NCBI GenBank assembly: GCA_963796055.1 | Contig: CAWCKH010000005.1 | Span: 1-64,000, forward strand | Origin: an uncultured delta proteobacterium | Lineage (GTDB): Bacteria > Myxococcota > Myxococcia > Myxococcales > Myxococcaceae | DNA length: 64,000 bases | Direction of reading: 5' to 3' | Shown: piece after piece, positions 51,962 through 62,425 of the stretch | Position numbering within the stretch: position 1 is the stretch's first letter | How the letters are laid out: each line of letters opens with the position of its first letter | Translations under genes and position numbers: made by a program | The notes under the pieces: model-generated | Databases searched by the model: none | Told to the model about the DNA's origin: nothing | What the model saw: only the letters and a program-made list of their open reading frames with translations

Positions 51962-52798
51962 CTACACCGAGGCGTGCTCGCCGGTCTCGGCCTGCCTCGG
52001 CGCCGTGGCCTCTGTCTGCACCTGCACGGCGATGACGGTGATGTTGTCGTCGCCGCCCCGCTCGTTGGCGAGGTCGACCAGGCGCTGCGGCACCTCGGCC
52101 AGCGGGAAGTGACGGACCACCTGGAGGATCTCCGGGTCCTCCACCATGTTGGCCATTCCGTCCGAGCAGAGGATGAAGACGTCGCCCGGCTCGGAGAGCA
52201 GCCCCATCACGTCGACCTGGACCTCCTCCTCGAAGCCCACCGAGCGGGTGATGATGTTCTTGTACCGGGAGTGCTTCGCCTCCTCGGGGGTGATCATCCC
52301 GGCCTTGATCTGCTCGTTGACCAGGCTGTGGTCCTCGCTGATCTGCTGGATGAGGTCGCCGCGCACCAGGTAGGCGCGGCTGTCGCCGACGTGGGCGAAG
52401 AAGGCCTGGTCCTCCTTCATCAGCAGGGAGATGACCGTGGTGCCCATCCCCGCCAGGCGCGGATCCTCCTGGGCCTTGCTGTAGATGGCGATGCACGCGC
52501 GCTCGACCGCGGCGCGGATGGCCTCGGGGATGGGAGAATCCTGAAGCGCGGTGCGGACGTCAAGCGCCGAGCCCTGGGTGGTTCGGGCCTGACGCAGCTC
52601 CCGGTCGATGGTCTCCACCGCGATGCGAGAGGCCGTCCCGCCGCCCGCGTGCCCACCCATGCCGTCGGCCACCACGAACAACTTGAGATCTTCGTCGATG
52701 AGGAAGCTGTCCTCGTTGTGGTCGCGCTTCTTGCCCACATCGGTCAGCCCAGCGGAGACAATCTTCAGCCGGACCGGGGGTTTCTCGGGCGGGGACAC
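51962..52798 (-). CDS. PP2C-type Ser/Thr phosphatase (Stp1/Pph1-like)
   Basis: RDHNED, VADGMGGH, GMGTT, HVGDSRAY, LCSDG, GGDDNIT. Confidence 0.95.
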   Translation of the reverse strand: MSPPEKPPVRLKIVSAGLTDVGKKRDHNEDSFLIDEDLKLFVVADGMGGHAGGGTASRIAVETIDRELRQARTTQGSALDVRTALQDSPIPEAIRAAVERACIAIYSKAQEDPRLAGMGTTVISLLMKEDQAFFAHVGDSRAYLVRGDLIQQISEDHSLVNEQIKAGMITPEEAKHSRYKNIITRSVGFEEEVQVDVMGLLSEPGDVFILCSDGMANMVEDPEILQVVRHFPLAEVPQRLVDLANERGGDDNITVIAVQVQTEATAPRQAETGEHASV

Positions 52799-52875
52799 GC
52801 TGGTCGGCGATGGTACAGGCGGCCATCCGGGACGGGCAAGGAGACTCCCGCTCCGGGGGACGGCGGCGCGCGCCC

Positions 52876-54600
52876 TCAGGCCACCCGTCGCGCACGCGAG
52901 ACCGGCCGGGCGGCAGGCGGCACACCCGACTCCCGTGCAGCGCGCAGGAGCGCCTCGGCGGCGGCCAGCGCCTCGGCCGTGACAATGGCGCCTGACATCA
53001 TCCGGGCCAGCTCGCGGGTCCGCAGAGCAGAGTCGTCCAGGGCGTGCACGCGGGACCAGGTGCGACCCCGGGCGGAGGTCTTCTCCACTACCAGGTGCGC
53101 ATCGGCATGCGCGGCGACCTGCGGCAGATGGGTGATGCACAGGACCTGTCGGCCGGACGCCACCGCCCGCACCATCCGTCCCACCACGTCCGCCACCGCC
53201 CCGCTCACCCCGGCGTCCGCCTCGTCGAGCACCACGGTGCCCGCCTCCTCCGGCCCCCCATGCGCCATGGACGTGCGCTTGAGCGCCAGCCACAGCCGCG
53301 AGGCCTCCCCGCCCGAGGCCACGCGCGCCAGCGGACGCACCGGCTCGCCGGGGTTGGGGCCGAAGAGGAACTCGACCTCGTCGGCGCCGTCCGCGCGCAG
53401 CACGTCCCGGGGGGCGAGCTGAACGGTGAACGCCGAACGTGGCAACGCCAGTCGCCCGAGCTCGCCGCCCATGGCCCGCTCGAGCTGGCGCGCCGCTCGC
53501 TCGCGCTCCCTCCGCAAGGTCCGGGCCGCCTCCCAGGCGCGGACCTCGGCGGCGGCCCGCTCGGACTCGAGCGCCACCAGCCGCTCGCGGCGCCCTTCCA
53601 GGCGGTCGCACTCGATGCGGAGCGCCTCGAGCCGTGCCGGCAGCCCGGCGACGTCCGTGCCGTGCTTCCTGGCCAGGCGCCGGAGCGCATCGAGCCGTTC
53701 CTCCACCAGCGACAGACGCTCCGGGTCCGCCTCCAGCCCGTCCAGGTAGCGCCGCAGGCTGCGGAGCGCGTCGTCGAGGGCCGCGGCGGCCGAGACCACC
53801 GAGGCGGCGGCCTCGCCGAGATTCGGATCGGTCCGTGCAGCGTCCTCGAGCATCCGCGCCGCCCGCGCGGCGACGGTGCATACCCCCGCCTCGTCGCTCC
53901 CCAGCAGCGCCTCGGACTCGAGCGCCGCCGCCCGGAGCCGCTCCACCGCGGCGAGCCGTCTCCGCTCGGCCTCGAGCGCCGCCTCCTCGCCGGGGCCGGG
54001 CGCCAGCCGCTCCATCTCGTCCAGCTGGAAGCGAGCGAACTCCGCCCGCGCCTCCTGGGCCGCGGCATCCCCGCCGAGCGACTGTCGCTCGGCCTCCAGC
54101 GCCACCAGCGGCGTGTGCGCCACCCGGTAGGCCTCGAGCGCCGGGGCGACGCCTTCCCAGCGGTCCAGCGCCGCGCGGTGGGTGGCCGGCTCGAAGAGGC
54201 CCACGTGCGCGTGCTGCCCGGCGATGTCCAGCTCGCCACGCATCAGCTGGCCGAGCACTCCGACCGAGGCCAGCGCTCCGTTGACGTGCACCTTGCTCCG
54301 TCCTGCCCGCCCGACGACCCGCCGGAGCACCACCTCGTCCCCGTGGTCCGGCAGCCCGAGCGCCTCGAGCCTCTGTGCGAGCGCCGGCGTGCGCTGGAAC
54401 ACCGCCTCGACCACCGCCTCGTCGGCGCCGGACCGGACGCAGTCGGCGTCTGCCCGGGCCCCCACCAGGAGCCCGAGCGCATCGACGAGGATGCTCTTGC
54501 CGGCCCCGGTCTCCCCCGTGAGCACGGTGAGGCCGGGGCCGAAGCCGACCTCGACCTCCTCCACGACCGTGAAGTTCTCGATCCGCAGCGCGAGCAGCAT
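52876..54600 (-). CDS. recN: DNA repair protein RecN
   Basis: LTGETGAGKS, coiled coil, ASGGE, DEADAGVSG, QVLCITHLPQVAA. Confidence 0.97.
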   Translation of the reverse strand: MLLALRIENFTVVEEVEVGFGPGLTVLTGETGAGKSILVDALGLLVGARADADCVRSGADEAVVEAVFQRTPALAQRLEALGLPDHGDEVVLRRVVGRAGRSKVHVNGALASVGVLGQLMRGELDIAGQHAHVGLFEPATHRAALDRWEGVAPALEAYRVAHTPLVALEAERQSLGGDAAAQEARAEFARFQLDEMERLAPGPGEEAALEAERRRLAAVERLRAAALESEALLGSDEAGVCTVAARAARMLEDAARTDPNLGEAAASVVSAAAALDDALRSLRRYLDGLEADPERLSLVEERLDALRRLARKHGTDVAGLPARLEALRIECDRLEGRRERLVALESERAAAEVRAWEAARTLRRERERAARQLERAMGGELGRLALPRSAFTVQLAPRDVLRADGADEVEFLFGPNPGEPVRPLARVASGGEASRLWLALKRTSMAHGGPEEAGTVVLDEADAGVSGAVADVVGRMVRAVASGRQVLCITHLPQVAAHADAHLVVEKTSARGRTWSRVHALDDSALRTRELARMMSGAIVTAEALAAAEALLRAARESGVPPAARPVSRARRVA

Positions 54601-54649
54601 CGGTACTGAACCTCCGTTCCGTACCGGAAGGTACCCCGACCCGCCGACA

Positions 54650-54666
54650 CTGTACAGGTTTTCAGG
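54650..54666. promoter_or_regulatory. Myxococcus-type LexA (SOS) box upstream of recN
   Basis: CTGTACAGGTTTTCAGG matches CTRHAMRYBYGTTCAGS at 15/17; weaker second site CTGAACCTCCGTTCCG at 54606-54621. Confidence 0.7.
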
Positions 54667-54747
54667 GTCCAAGCGTGTCGCCAGCGACAGTCGCGTCCGG
54701 GGTCTTCCACGGGGGCGGGACCGGCATGCCGATGCCAGTCTCGGGGG

Positions 54748-57700
54748 TCAGTCCTCGGCGAACAACGTCTCGATGTCCTGCTCTGTCAGGCCTTCGGACA
54801 GCCCGCCGCCCGGGCCGAGGATGCCCTGGGCGAGCTCACGCTTTCGTTGCTGCAGGGCGAGGATCTTCTCCTCCACCGTGCCGCGGGTGATGAGCTTGTA
54901 GGCGATGACCGCCCGGGTCTGGCCGATCCGGTGGGTCCGGTCGGTGGCCTGGTCCTCCACCGCGGGGTTCCACCACGGATCGTAGTGAATGACGTAGTCC
55001 GCCGCGGTCAGGTTCAGACCCGTCCCGCCGGCCTTGAGGCTGATGAAGAAGATCGGCGGACCGTCGTCGCGGTTGAAGGCGTCCACCCGCGCCATGCGGT
55101 CCCGCGTCCGGCCATCGAGCGAGAGGAAGGAGATCCCCCGTCCCTGCGCGTGCGCCTCGAGCAGCCGGAGCATCTCGGTGAACTGGCTGAAGACCAGCGC
55201 CCGGTGCCCCTCGGCGAGCAGGTCGTCCACCAGCTCGTCGAAGCGCTGCAGCTTCGCCGAGGGCGGCAGTGAGGCCGTGCCCGGCAGCTTGAGCAGCCGC
55301 GGATCGTTGCACACCTGCCGGAGGCGGAGCAGCGCGGCGAGGATGGACACCCGGGCGCGCTTGAAGCCCACCTTCTGGATGCTCTCCTGCACCTTGGCCC
55401 GGCTCTCCTCGAGCACCTCGCGGTAGAGCGCCGCCTGGGCGGGCTCCATCTCGCAGTAGGCCACTGTCTCCGTCTTCGGCGGCAGGTCCTTGGCCACCTC
55501 GATCTTGAGCCGCCGCAGCACGAAGGGCTGCACCCGTCGCCGCAGCCGCTCGCGGGCCCCGAGGTCGGCCGCCACCTCGATGGGCTGCTCGTACCGCTCG
55601 GCGAAGTCCTCCTCGGCCCCGAGGAAACCGGGCATCAGGAAGTCGAAGATGCTCCACAGCTCGGACAGCCGGTTTTCCAGCGGGGTGCCGGTGAGCGCCA
55701 GCCGATGGTCGGCGGGGAGCGCCTTGCAGGCCTGCGCCGTCGCCGACCCGGCGTTCTTGATGTTCTGCGCCTCGTCGAGCAGCACGTAGCGCCAGCGGGT
55801 CTTCACCAGCTCGTCGCGGTCACGCCGGGCGAGCGCGTACGAGGTCAAGACGAGATCTGCGCCGGCCAGATCCTCCACGCGCTCCCGCCGGTCCTGACCG
55901 TGCCAGACCGCCACACGCAGCCCCGGGGTGAAGCGCTCGGCCTCGCGCTGCCAGTTGGGGAGCACGCTGGTCGGGGCGACCACCAGCGACGGCTGCCCTC
56001 CGCCCTCGGCGTTGCGCGCCTGCTGCAGCAGGGCGAGCGCCTGCACCGTCTTTCCCAGGCCCATGTCGTCGGCCAGGATGCCGCCCAGCCCGTGGCGGTG
56101 GAGGAACCACAGCCAGGAGAGACCGTCCTCCTGGTAGTGGCGCAGGGTGGCGGTGAGACCTTCGGGCGCGGGCACCGCCGGGATGCGCGACAGCTCCTTG
56201 AACTCGGTGATGGCGGTGCGGGCGCGGGACTCGAAGCGAGCCCCCTCGCCCAGGGCGGTGAGCGCATCCAGCGCCCCGGCCTGGTACGGCGGCAGCTCGG
56301 TCCGCGCCTTGCCGGGGAGCGCGCCGGCCTCCTCGAGCAGGTCCGCGGCCTGGGTCAGCTCGTCCCGGTCCGCCTCGGCGTAGCTACCGTCCGGGAGCGG
56401 GATGAAGCGCCTGCCGGAGCGGAGCCACAGCCGGACTGCGCCCAGGTCCACCGTCTGCTCGTCCGCCTCGAAGCGCGCGTCGAGCTCGAACCACCCGTTG
56501 TTCCCGGCCGCGACCCGGACCTTCGGCCGGAGCTTCCGGCGCATCCGGATCTTCGGCGCCCTGGCCAGGAAACGCTCCCAGTCGGCGGGAAGCGTGCCGA
56601 GACCGGTGCTCCAGAAGGCCACCGCGGCGTCACCGGTGGCCTCGTACGCGCTGCCCTGCGAGTCGTACTTGAAACCGAGGGTGAGCAGCGCCTGGCCCGC
56701 CTCGCGCTCGGCGGCCTCCTGCCGGCGGTAGAGCGTGCGGCCCTGGCTGCCCGGGGAGGCGGCGTAGCCCAGGTGAACCGCAGTGGGCGAGACCGGCACC
56801 GTGGCCGTCCCGTAGCGTGCGGCGAGCTGCGCCCGCGCCTTCTCCGCCGAGCCCTCCAGGCTGAGGAGGAAGACCGGCCGCTGGTCCTCGACCACGTCCA
56901 GCCCGTCCGCCCGCAGGCGGAGGTCGATGCGCGGCAGGTGCGCGGCGAAGAACGAGAGCGCCCGCTCCACCTGGCCGGTGGGGAAGGTCATGCTCGGCTC
57001 CCGCAGCCACGCCCGCCACATGCGCGCCGGGAGGTCGGGCTCGAGCGCGTACGCGCTCTGTCCCTCCAGCAGCACCGTGGTCCGCCGGCCGATGAGGAGC
57101 AGGGAGGTGTCGAACCCGGTGGTCCGGCAGTCCGGCAGCTGGAACTCGATGCGCGCCCGGGCCCCGCCCGCGGTGGACGAGAGGTGAATCTGTGGCCTCG
57201 CCGGCTCGGCCGGGAACTGGAGCGCGGTGCCCCGGTACACCACCCGCCGCGTCCGGAGCAGGGGAAGGAGGTCCGCCACGTCGTCGTCGCTGAGGATGAA
57301 CTTGCCGTCGAACCGGCTCTCGTGACGGGCGAGCTCGCCGAAGATCCGCTCGTCGGCAGGGGACAGCCTGGTGCCACCGGAGAGGAAGCGCTTCACCGAC
57401 AGCGGCCCACCGTCCTTCCCGTCGCGCCGCCGGACGTCGAAGAGCCAGGAGCGCCCCGACGCCCGCAGGTGGGCCGGGGCGAGCCGGTAAACGAACGAGG
57501 GCTCCCCGGCCGCGGAGACGCCCAGCCACGACTCGAGCTTGGCCAGCGCCGGAAGGCTGACCACGTCGGCCGGGCGCCCCGGCTCCGGAGGGCGCGGAGC
57601 CCCGAGGCTCTCGGGCTGGTCGGCGTGGGCGAGGGCAACCACATGCTTGCAGTGCGGACCGCCATACTCACCCCAGGCTGGACAGCTGCACCGGGACCGG

Positions 57701-57933
57701 ACCGTCCCCTCCGGGGTGAGGCCGACCTCCACCTGGTAGACCTCGCCCGCGCTGCCCGCCACCTCGCCCCGGCGCAGGCCGTCCTCGTCGTTCGACCAGC
57801 GCTTCACCCGACCCTCGCGCGCGACGTCCCGGCCCTTCTTGAAGGTGGTGGGCTGGACCTCGTTGCGGAGCGCCTCGATCAGCGCGTGGGGGTTGCTCGC
57901 AGGGGCTGAATCTGGCTCGGGCAGGGGATCCAC
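54748..57933 (-). CDS. SWIM zinc finger + SNF2-family helicase
   Basis: CSCP...CKH, LADDMGLGKT, DEAQ, LTGTPLEN, SLKAGGTGLNL, QATDRTHRIGQ. Confidence 0.95.
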   Translation of the reverse strand: MDPLPEPDSAPASNPHALIEALRNEVQPTTFKKGRDVAREGRVKRWSNDEDGLRRGEVAGSAGEVYQVEVGLTPEGTVRSRCSCPAWGEYGGPHCKHVVALAHADQPESLGAPRPPEPGRPADVVSLPALAKLESWLGVSAAGEPSFVYRLAPAHLRASGRSWLFDVRRRDGKDGGPLSVKRFLSGGTRLSPADERIFGELARHESRFDGKFILSDDDVADLLPLLRTRRVVYRGTALQFPAEPARPQIHLSSTAGGARARIEFQLPDCRTTGFDTSLLLIGRRTTVLLEGQSAYALEPDLPARMWRAWLREPSMTFPTGQVERALSFFAAHLPRIDLRLRADGLDVVEDQRPVFLLSLEGSAEKARAQLAARYGTATVPVSPTAVHLGYAASPGSQGRTLYRRQEAAEREAGQALLTLGFKYDSQGSAYEATGDAAVAFWSTGLGTLPADWERFLARAPKIRMRRKLRPKVRVAAGNNGWFELDARFEADEQTVDLGAVRLWLRSGRRFIPLPDGSYAEADRDELTQAADLLEEAGALPGKARTELPPYQAGALDALTALGEGARFESRARTAITEFKELSRIPAVPAPEGLTATLRHYQEDGLSWLWFLHRHGLGGILADDMGLGKTVQALALLQQARNAEGGGQPSLVVAPTSVLPNWQREAERFTPGLRVAVWHGQDRRERVEDLAGADLVLTSYALARRDRDELVKTRWRYVLLDEAQNIKNAGSATAQACKALPADHRLALTGTPLENRLSELWSIFDFLMPGFLGAEEDFAERYEQPIEVAADLGARERLRRRVQPFVLRRLKIEVAKDLPPKTETVAYCEMEPAQAALYREVLEESRAKVQESIQKVGFKRARVSILAALLRLRQVCNDPRLLKLPGTASLPPSAKLQRFDELVDDLLAEGHRALVFSQFTEMLRLLEAHAQGRGISFLSLDGRTRDRMARVDAFNRDDGPPIFFISLKAGGTGLNLTAADYVIHYDPWWNPAVEDQATDRTHRIGQTRAVIAYKLITRGTVEEKILALQQRKRELAQGILGPGGGLSEGLTEQDIETLFAED

Positions 57934-58026
57934 GGCGAACCCAAAGAGCTAACACGGGAATGTGCCCTCCGCCCGTGTCATCCACGTCGCGGTCGCCGGA
58001 CGTTCGGGGTAGACCAGGGAAGGTCC

Positions 58027-59544
58027 ATGCCCCTCGCGGCCCCGGCGCCCCACCCCTCGGCTCCCCCCGTGCCCGCCGAGCGCCCGGTCCGGTTCCGCGC
58101 GCTGGCCTGGACCAGCGGGCTCCTGGCCGTCCTCACCGGCGCCCGGCTGCTCGTCGAGGCGTTCAGCCGCAACCGGCTCCTGCTGGACCACCCGTCCGGA
58201 GCGTGGGCGACGCTCGCCGACGATCTGCTGCACGGCACGTTCTACCGCCCGGTGGAGTCGTCGCTGGGCTGGGGAGGAACGCGCTACCCGCCGCTCTATC
58301 CGGTGCTGTACGCGGGGGTGGGCCGGGTCCTCGGCTCCCTTCCGCCCGCTGCCGAGCTGCTGGAGCTGCTCTCGCTGGTGGCCCTGGTGGGGTGCACCTT
58401 CCTGCTCCTCGAGCGCGTCGGGGTCCGGCGACGGCTGGCGCTGCCGGGCGCGCTGGTGGTGCTGGCGCTCGTTCCGGTGCAGAGCTTGCTCGGCCTGGGG
58501 AAGGCGGACCTCCTGGCCTCGGCGCTGTCGATGGCCGGGCTGGTGGTCGCCACCCGAGAGGGCACGTGCCGGCGGGAGGTGGCAACCGCCCTGCTCTTCT
58601 CGCTCGCGGTGCTGACCAAGTGGACGGTGGTGGGAGGACTGCTGGCCTGGGTGACGCACGCGTGGGTCCACGGCCGGCGTCGGGCGGCCCTCGAACGGGC
58701 GGCGCTGGTGGGCGGCATGCTCGCGGTCGGCATCGGGGCCGCGCAGCTCGGCAGCGGGGGCGAGATGCTGCGCCAGCTGCGCGACTGCGCCGGCGGCGGC
58801 GGTGGCCCGCTGGGGCTGCTCACCGCGCCGAACGAGTTTCTCCAGAAGGCAGATCCCGTGGACCTGGCCCTCCTCGTCCTCACCGCCGGCGCCCTCGCCA
58901 CTGCCGCCCCCGGCAGCTGGCGCATGCTCCCCGTCCTGGCGTTCCTCTGGACCTCGCTCTGCACCCTGGTGCTGTTCGCCTCCCCGGGGATCGCAGAGAA
59001 CCACCTGCTGGACCTGACGGTGCTCGGGCTGGTGGTCTTCCTGATGCTCGTCGACCAGGGCGCGGTGCCCGCCCGGTTCGCCGCCGTCGTCCTGCCGCTG
59101 TACACCGTCCTGGCGGTCAGCCGGTTCGCGCCGGAGGTCGTGGAGGGGCTGACCAGGACCCCCCCACCCGCCGAGGTGCTGGGCCGGCTGGGCTCCCCCG
59201 CCGAGGGACCGCTCCTGGCCGAGAACCCGTGGGTGCCGCTCCTCGCCGGCGAGCGGCCGGTGCTGGCGGATGCCTTCAGCTTCCGCTTCCTGGCGCTGAA
59301 GCATCCCGAGCTCATGCGACATCTGGTGAACGATCTCGAGTCACATCGGTTCCGCGCGGTCGTGCTCCGCATGCCGGTGGACGACCCGGACGGGCGCGAC
59401 TGGTACGAGGGGACGCACTTCGGCCCGGGCTTCGTCCAGGCACTGAGACGTTCGTACACGAAAGTCGCGAGCTTCCGGACCAAGCCGCGGGCTTACTGGA
59501 CGCATGACATCTGGGTGCCTCGCCGGACGGGAACGTCGCGCTAG
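58027..59544 (+). CDS. Polytopic membrane protein, GT-C-like
   Basis: First loop ...TRYPPLYP, KADL, TK motif, many TMs, C-terminal soluble domain. Confidence 0.65.
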   Translation: MPLAAPAPHPSAPPVPAERPVRFRALAWTSGLLAVLTGARLLVEAFSRNRLLLDHPSGAWATLADDLLHGTFYRPVESSLGWGGTRYPPLYPVLYAGVGRVLGSLPPAAELLELLSLVALVGCTFLLLERVGVRRRLALPGALVVLALVPVQSLLGLGKADLLASALSMAGLVVATREGTCRREVATALLFSLAVLTKWTVVGGLLAWVTHAWVHGRRRAALERAALVGGMLAVGIGAAQLGSGGEMLRQLRDCAGGGGGPLGLLTAPNEFLQKADPVDLALLVLTAGALATAAPGSWRMLPVLAFLWTSLCTLVLFASPGIAENHLLDLTVLGLVVFLMLVDQGAVPARFAAVVLPLYTVLAVSRFAPEVVEGLTRTPPPAEVLGRLGSPAEGPLLAENPWVPLLAGERPVLADAFSFRFLALKHPELMRHLVNDLESHRFRAVVLRMPVDDPDGRDWYEGTHFGPGFVQALRRSYTKVASFRTKPRAYWTHDIWVPRRTGTSR

Positions 59545-60857
59545 AGGTAGAGCGCCAGGTACGCTGCCCCCACCAGGTAGATCGCCACCGACAGCCCGAG
59601 CGCGACGGCGATCGACCTCGGTCGCCACCGCGAGAGCCCCATCGCGGTCAGCAGGATCAGCGGGACGGTGAAGTCGAGCGTGTACCGCGGCCCCCACTGC
59701 ACGTACCCGGTGCCCATCACCAGCAAGATCGGGACGGCGGTCAGCAAGATCGAGACGACCAGCGCGCGCACCGAGCCCGGCGGACCGCGGCGTGCCCAGA
59801 ACGCGGCGAGGAAGAGCGGCGTCATCCAGAACAGGCCGCCGCCCTGGAGGCTCTCGAAGCCGGGAACGAGCGGATAGGTGAGCAGCTCGTAGAAGACGTT
59901 GCGCGGCAGGTAGTGAAGGCTGAACAGCCCGTGGCGGGCGTGGGCCTCGACGAACGCCCCGCCCATCCGGTGAAAGCGGATCCCGCTCTCGAGGATGGAG
60001 CCGAACCGCGCCTGATCGTAAAGGCCGAGGAGCGCGAGGGTGGCGAGCACCGGGAGCGCTCCTGCCCCGAGCACCGCCGCGCGTCGTCTCGCCCCGGTCG
60101 CCCGTGACAGCAGCGCCCAGGCCGGCCAGACGCCGGCGAGGATCAGGTGGGTCCGGGTGGCGAGGGCGGCGGAGAGCGCCAGTCCCGCCAGGAGCGCCCC
60201 CAGCGCGCCGCGCATCCGGATGGCGGCGAGGTACGCCAGGCCGAGCGCGGCGAAGCCGACCAGCTGCCCGGTGAACCACACCCGACCGAACGGGGCGAGG
60301 GTGCAGTGCACCGACCCGAAGGCGAAGCAGGCGACCAGCGCGCCGCGGCGCACCCGGTCGAGCCGGAGCCAGCGCCCCGCGACCGCCGCCCGGAGCAGCG
60401 CGGCGACGAGGGCCACGTCGAGCGCCCCGAGCACCACCGTGAATCCGACGTCGCTGAAGCGCACGCCCCACAGCGCGACGAAGGGGAGCAGGAGCAGGGC
60501 GGGAAGCGGCCCCCAGTAGAGGTACGTCTTTCCGTCCACCACGCTCAGGTCGTGGACGTCCGGCGGACGGAGCCGGAGGCTCGTCTGAGCGTGCAGGAAG
60601 GCGTCAGCGAGGTAGCCGTAGTACGGGAACGGGGAGACGCCACGCGGGTCGCCGTGCCACAGGGCGAAGGCGGCGTAGACGACCAGCGCCGCCGCCGCGG
60701 CGATCCAGGGACGGTCGGCGAGCGCGATCGCCTTCCAGAGGGCTACCGGACGCCAGCCTCCCCGGACCGACATCGCCTGTCCGCTCGACCGCGCCAAGGC
60801 CGGACCCGGTCCACCGGGAGCACCGCGGTCCGGCGACGTGCTCACCGGGCCACTCAT
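59541..60857 (-). CDS. Polytopic membrane protein, GT-C-like
   Basis: YYGYLADAFL..DLS...YLYWGPLP, RFG, GPRYTLDF; many TMs. Confidence 0.65.
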   Translation of the reverse strand: MSGPVSTSPDRGAPGGPGPALARSSGQAMSVRGGWRPVALWKAIALADRPWIAAAAALVVYAAFALWHGDPRGVSPFPYYGYLADAFLHAQTSLRLRPPDVHDLSVVDGKTYLYWGPLPALLLLPFVALWGVRFSDVGFTVVLGALDVALVAALLRAAVAGRWLRLDRVRRGALVACFAFGSVHCTLAPFGRVWFTGQLVGFAALGLAYLAAIRMRGALGALLAGLALSAALATRTHLILAGVWPAWALLSRATGARRRAAVLGAGALPVLATLALLGLYDQARFGSILESGIRFHRMGGAFVEAHARHGLFSLHYLPRNVFYELLTYPLVPGFESLQGGGLFWMTPLFLAAFWARRGPPGSVRALVVSILLTAVPILLVMGTGYVQWGPRYTLDFTVPLILLTAMGLSRWRPRSIAVALGLSVAIYLVGAAYLALYL

Positions 60858-62425
60858 CGCGCCGCCTTGACGTAGAGCACCAGCGGCCCCTGCACGAAGG
60901 CGCGGTGGAAGCTCGGCGGCACCAGCTCGGCGAACCCGGGCTGCTCGTCCCAGGTGAGTAAGTGGTCGAACCGGGGCTCGGCGATGGCCCAGAACCGGCG
61001 CCAGCGCTCCTCGAAGCGCCGGCGGCACTCCGGACTTCCCGGCGGAGGGCCGTCGCCGCACACCGCCTCGGGCGATTTGTTCGACCTCGCCATCTCGTCG
61101 AGGGCCGGTGGGAGCAGCTCGGGCGGTTCCCAGCGCACGTAGGTGAGTGGGTAGCTGCGCTCCACCGCGAAGAGGAGCGGCGCCGTCGTCCGCCGGGCGA
61201 GCACGTAGCAGCCCCAGGCGTGCTTGAGCGGCTCGGTGAACGGGGCGCTCCCGTTGTGCTCGAAGACCAGCGGCAACAGCCGCGCGCCCACCGCCACGTG
61301 GGGGATGGCGGCGCAGAACGCCTGCCGCTCGTGCTCCAGCCGCCGGTAGTCCACGGTCATCGCCGCGGCGTAGAGCACCGCCGCGGCGGCGAGCCCGCGG
61401 ACGAGCGGGCGCGGCATCGCCTCAGGCGCGCGCACCAGCAGGCCGGTCCAGAGGAACGGAATCACCCGGGCGTTGAACAGGCCCCAGTTGCTCTGGGAGG
61501 CGGGCAGCGCGAAGTACATCAGGAAGAGCAGTGCCATCGCCGGCCAGCGGAAATAGGGAACCGGGCGACCCCGCTCGCGCCACGCGGACACGGCCAGCAC
61601 CGCGGCCGGGAGCAGCGCCGTCGCCTCCAGCCAGCTCAGACCGGCGGGCCCGTGCGACCAGAGCTGGGAGAGCGTCCGGAGCGGCGGGAGGTAGAGGATG
61701 CCCGCCTCGAGCAGCGGCGGACGAGCCTCGGGCTTGAGCCAGTGGACCGCGGCGGTGGCCATCGACAGGAGCAGCGCCGGCACGAAGGGGCCAACCGCGC
61801 CGACCAGGCGCCCGGGCCAGAGCCGCCGGGGAACGGTCAGTAGCAGTTCGAGGCCGACCAGCCCCGTGGCCATGGTGATGGGGAACGGGTGCCCGTACCA
61901 GGCGGCGACGCCCAGCGTCGCGAGGCCCAGCGTCTTTCCCGGGCCCGGGGCGCGCGCGCGGAGGTGGGCGAGGGCCAGTGCCCCGATCGCGCCGGCCGTC
62001 CCCACCGAGAAGTTGAGCAGCCCCACCGGCACGAAGAATCCATGCACCATCGGCCAGGCGAGGAGCGTCACCGCAGGCAGGCGCTCCGGCCCGGCGAGGC
62101 TCCAGCCCAGCCAGGCCAGCGCGGTTGCCATCGCCAGCAGTGTCAGGGCGACGAAGAGCCGCGCCGCTCCCACGAGCCCCAGCGGGCGGGCCACCACGTG
62201 AAGCCACAGGGCGAGCAGCGCGTTGGAGCGGAGGAAGCCGTTCGCCTGGAGGTCGGGGTAGTCGGCCAGGTGCTCGGCGATGAAGGCGCTGGCGAGGTGG
62301 TTGGGGAGATCCTGCAACGGAGGCACGGTGCCGAGGAGCAGCGGCACGGCGGCGACCACGAACAGGGCGAAGGCGGCCCGGCCGGGGCGGCCGAACCAGC
62401 GCTGGGGCCAGACGTCCGTCGTCAT
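60854..62425 (-). CDS. Polytopic membrane protein, GT-C-like
   Basis: PPLQDLPNH first loop, GLLNF, HP, many TMs; ATGA-coupled to the GT2 gene. Confidence 0.65.
   Translation of the reverse strand: MTTDVWPQRWFGRPGRAAFALFVVAAVPLLLGTVPPLQDLPNHLASAFIAEHLADYPDLQANGFLRSNALLALWLHVVARPLGLVGAARLFVALTLLAMATALAWLGWSLAGPERLPAVTLLAWPMVHGFFVPVGLLNFSVGTAGAIGALALAHLRARAPGPGKTLGLATLGVAAWYGHPFPITMATGLVGLELLLTVPRRLWPGRLVGAVGPFVPALLLSMATAAVHWLKPEARPPLLEAGILYLPPLRTLSQLWSHGPAGLSWLEATALLPAAVLAVSAWRERGRPVPYFRWPAMALLFLMYFALPASQSNWGLFNARVIPFLWTGLLVRAPEAMPRPLVRGLAAAAVLYAAAMTVDYRRLEHERQAFCAAIPHVAVGARLLPLVFEHNGSAPFTEPLKHAWGCYVLARRTTAPLLFAVERSYPLTYVRWEPPELLPPALDEMARSNKSPEAVCGDGPPPGSPECRRRFEERWRRFWAIAEPRFDHLLTWDEQPGFAELVPPSFHRAFVQGPLVLYVKAAR

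Noticed and set aside
54748..57933. SNF2 helicase as part of an anti-phage system
   Set aside because: Standard SWIM-SNF2 architecture with no adjacent methylase, nuclease or other defence genes.
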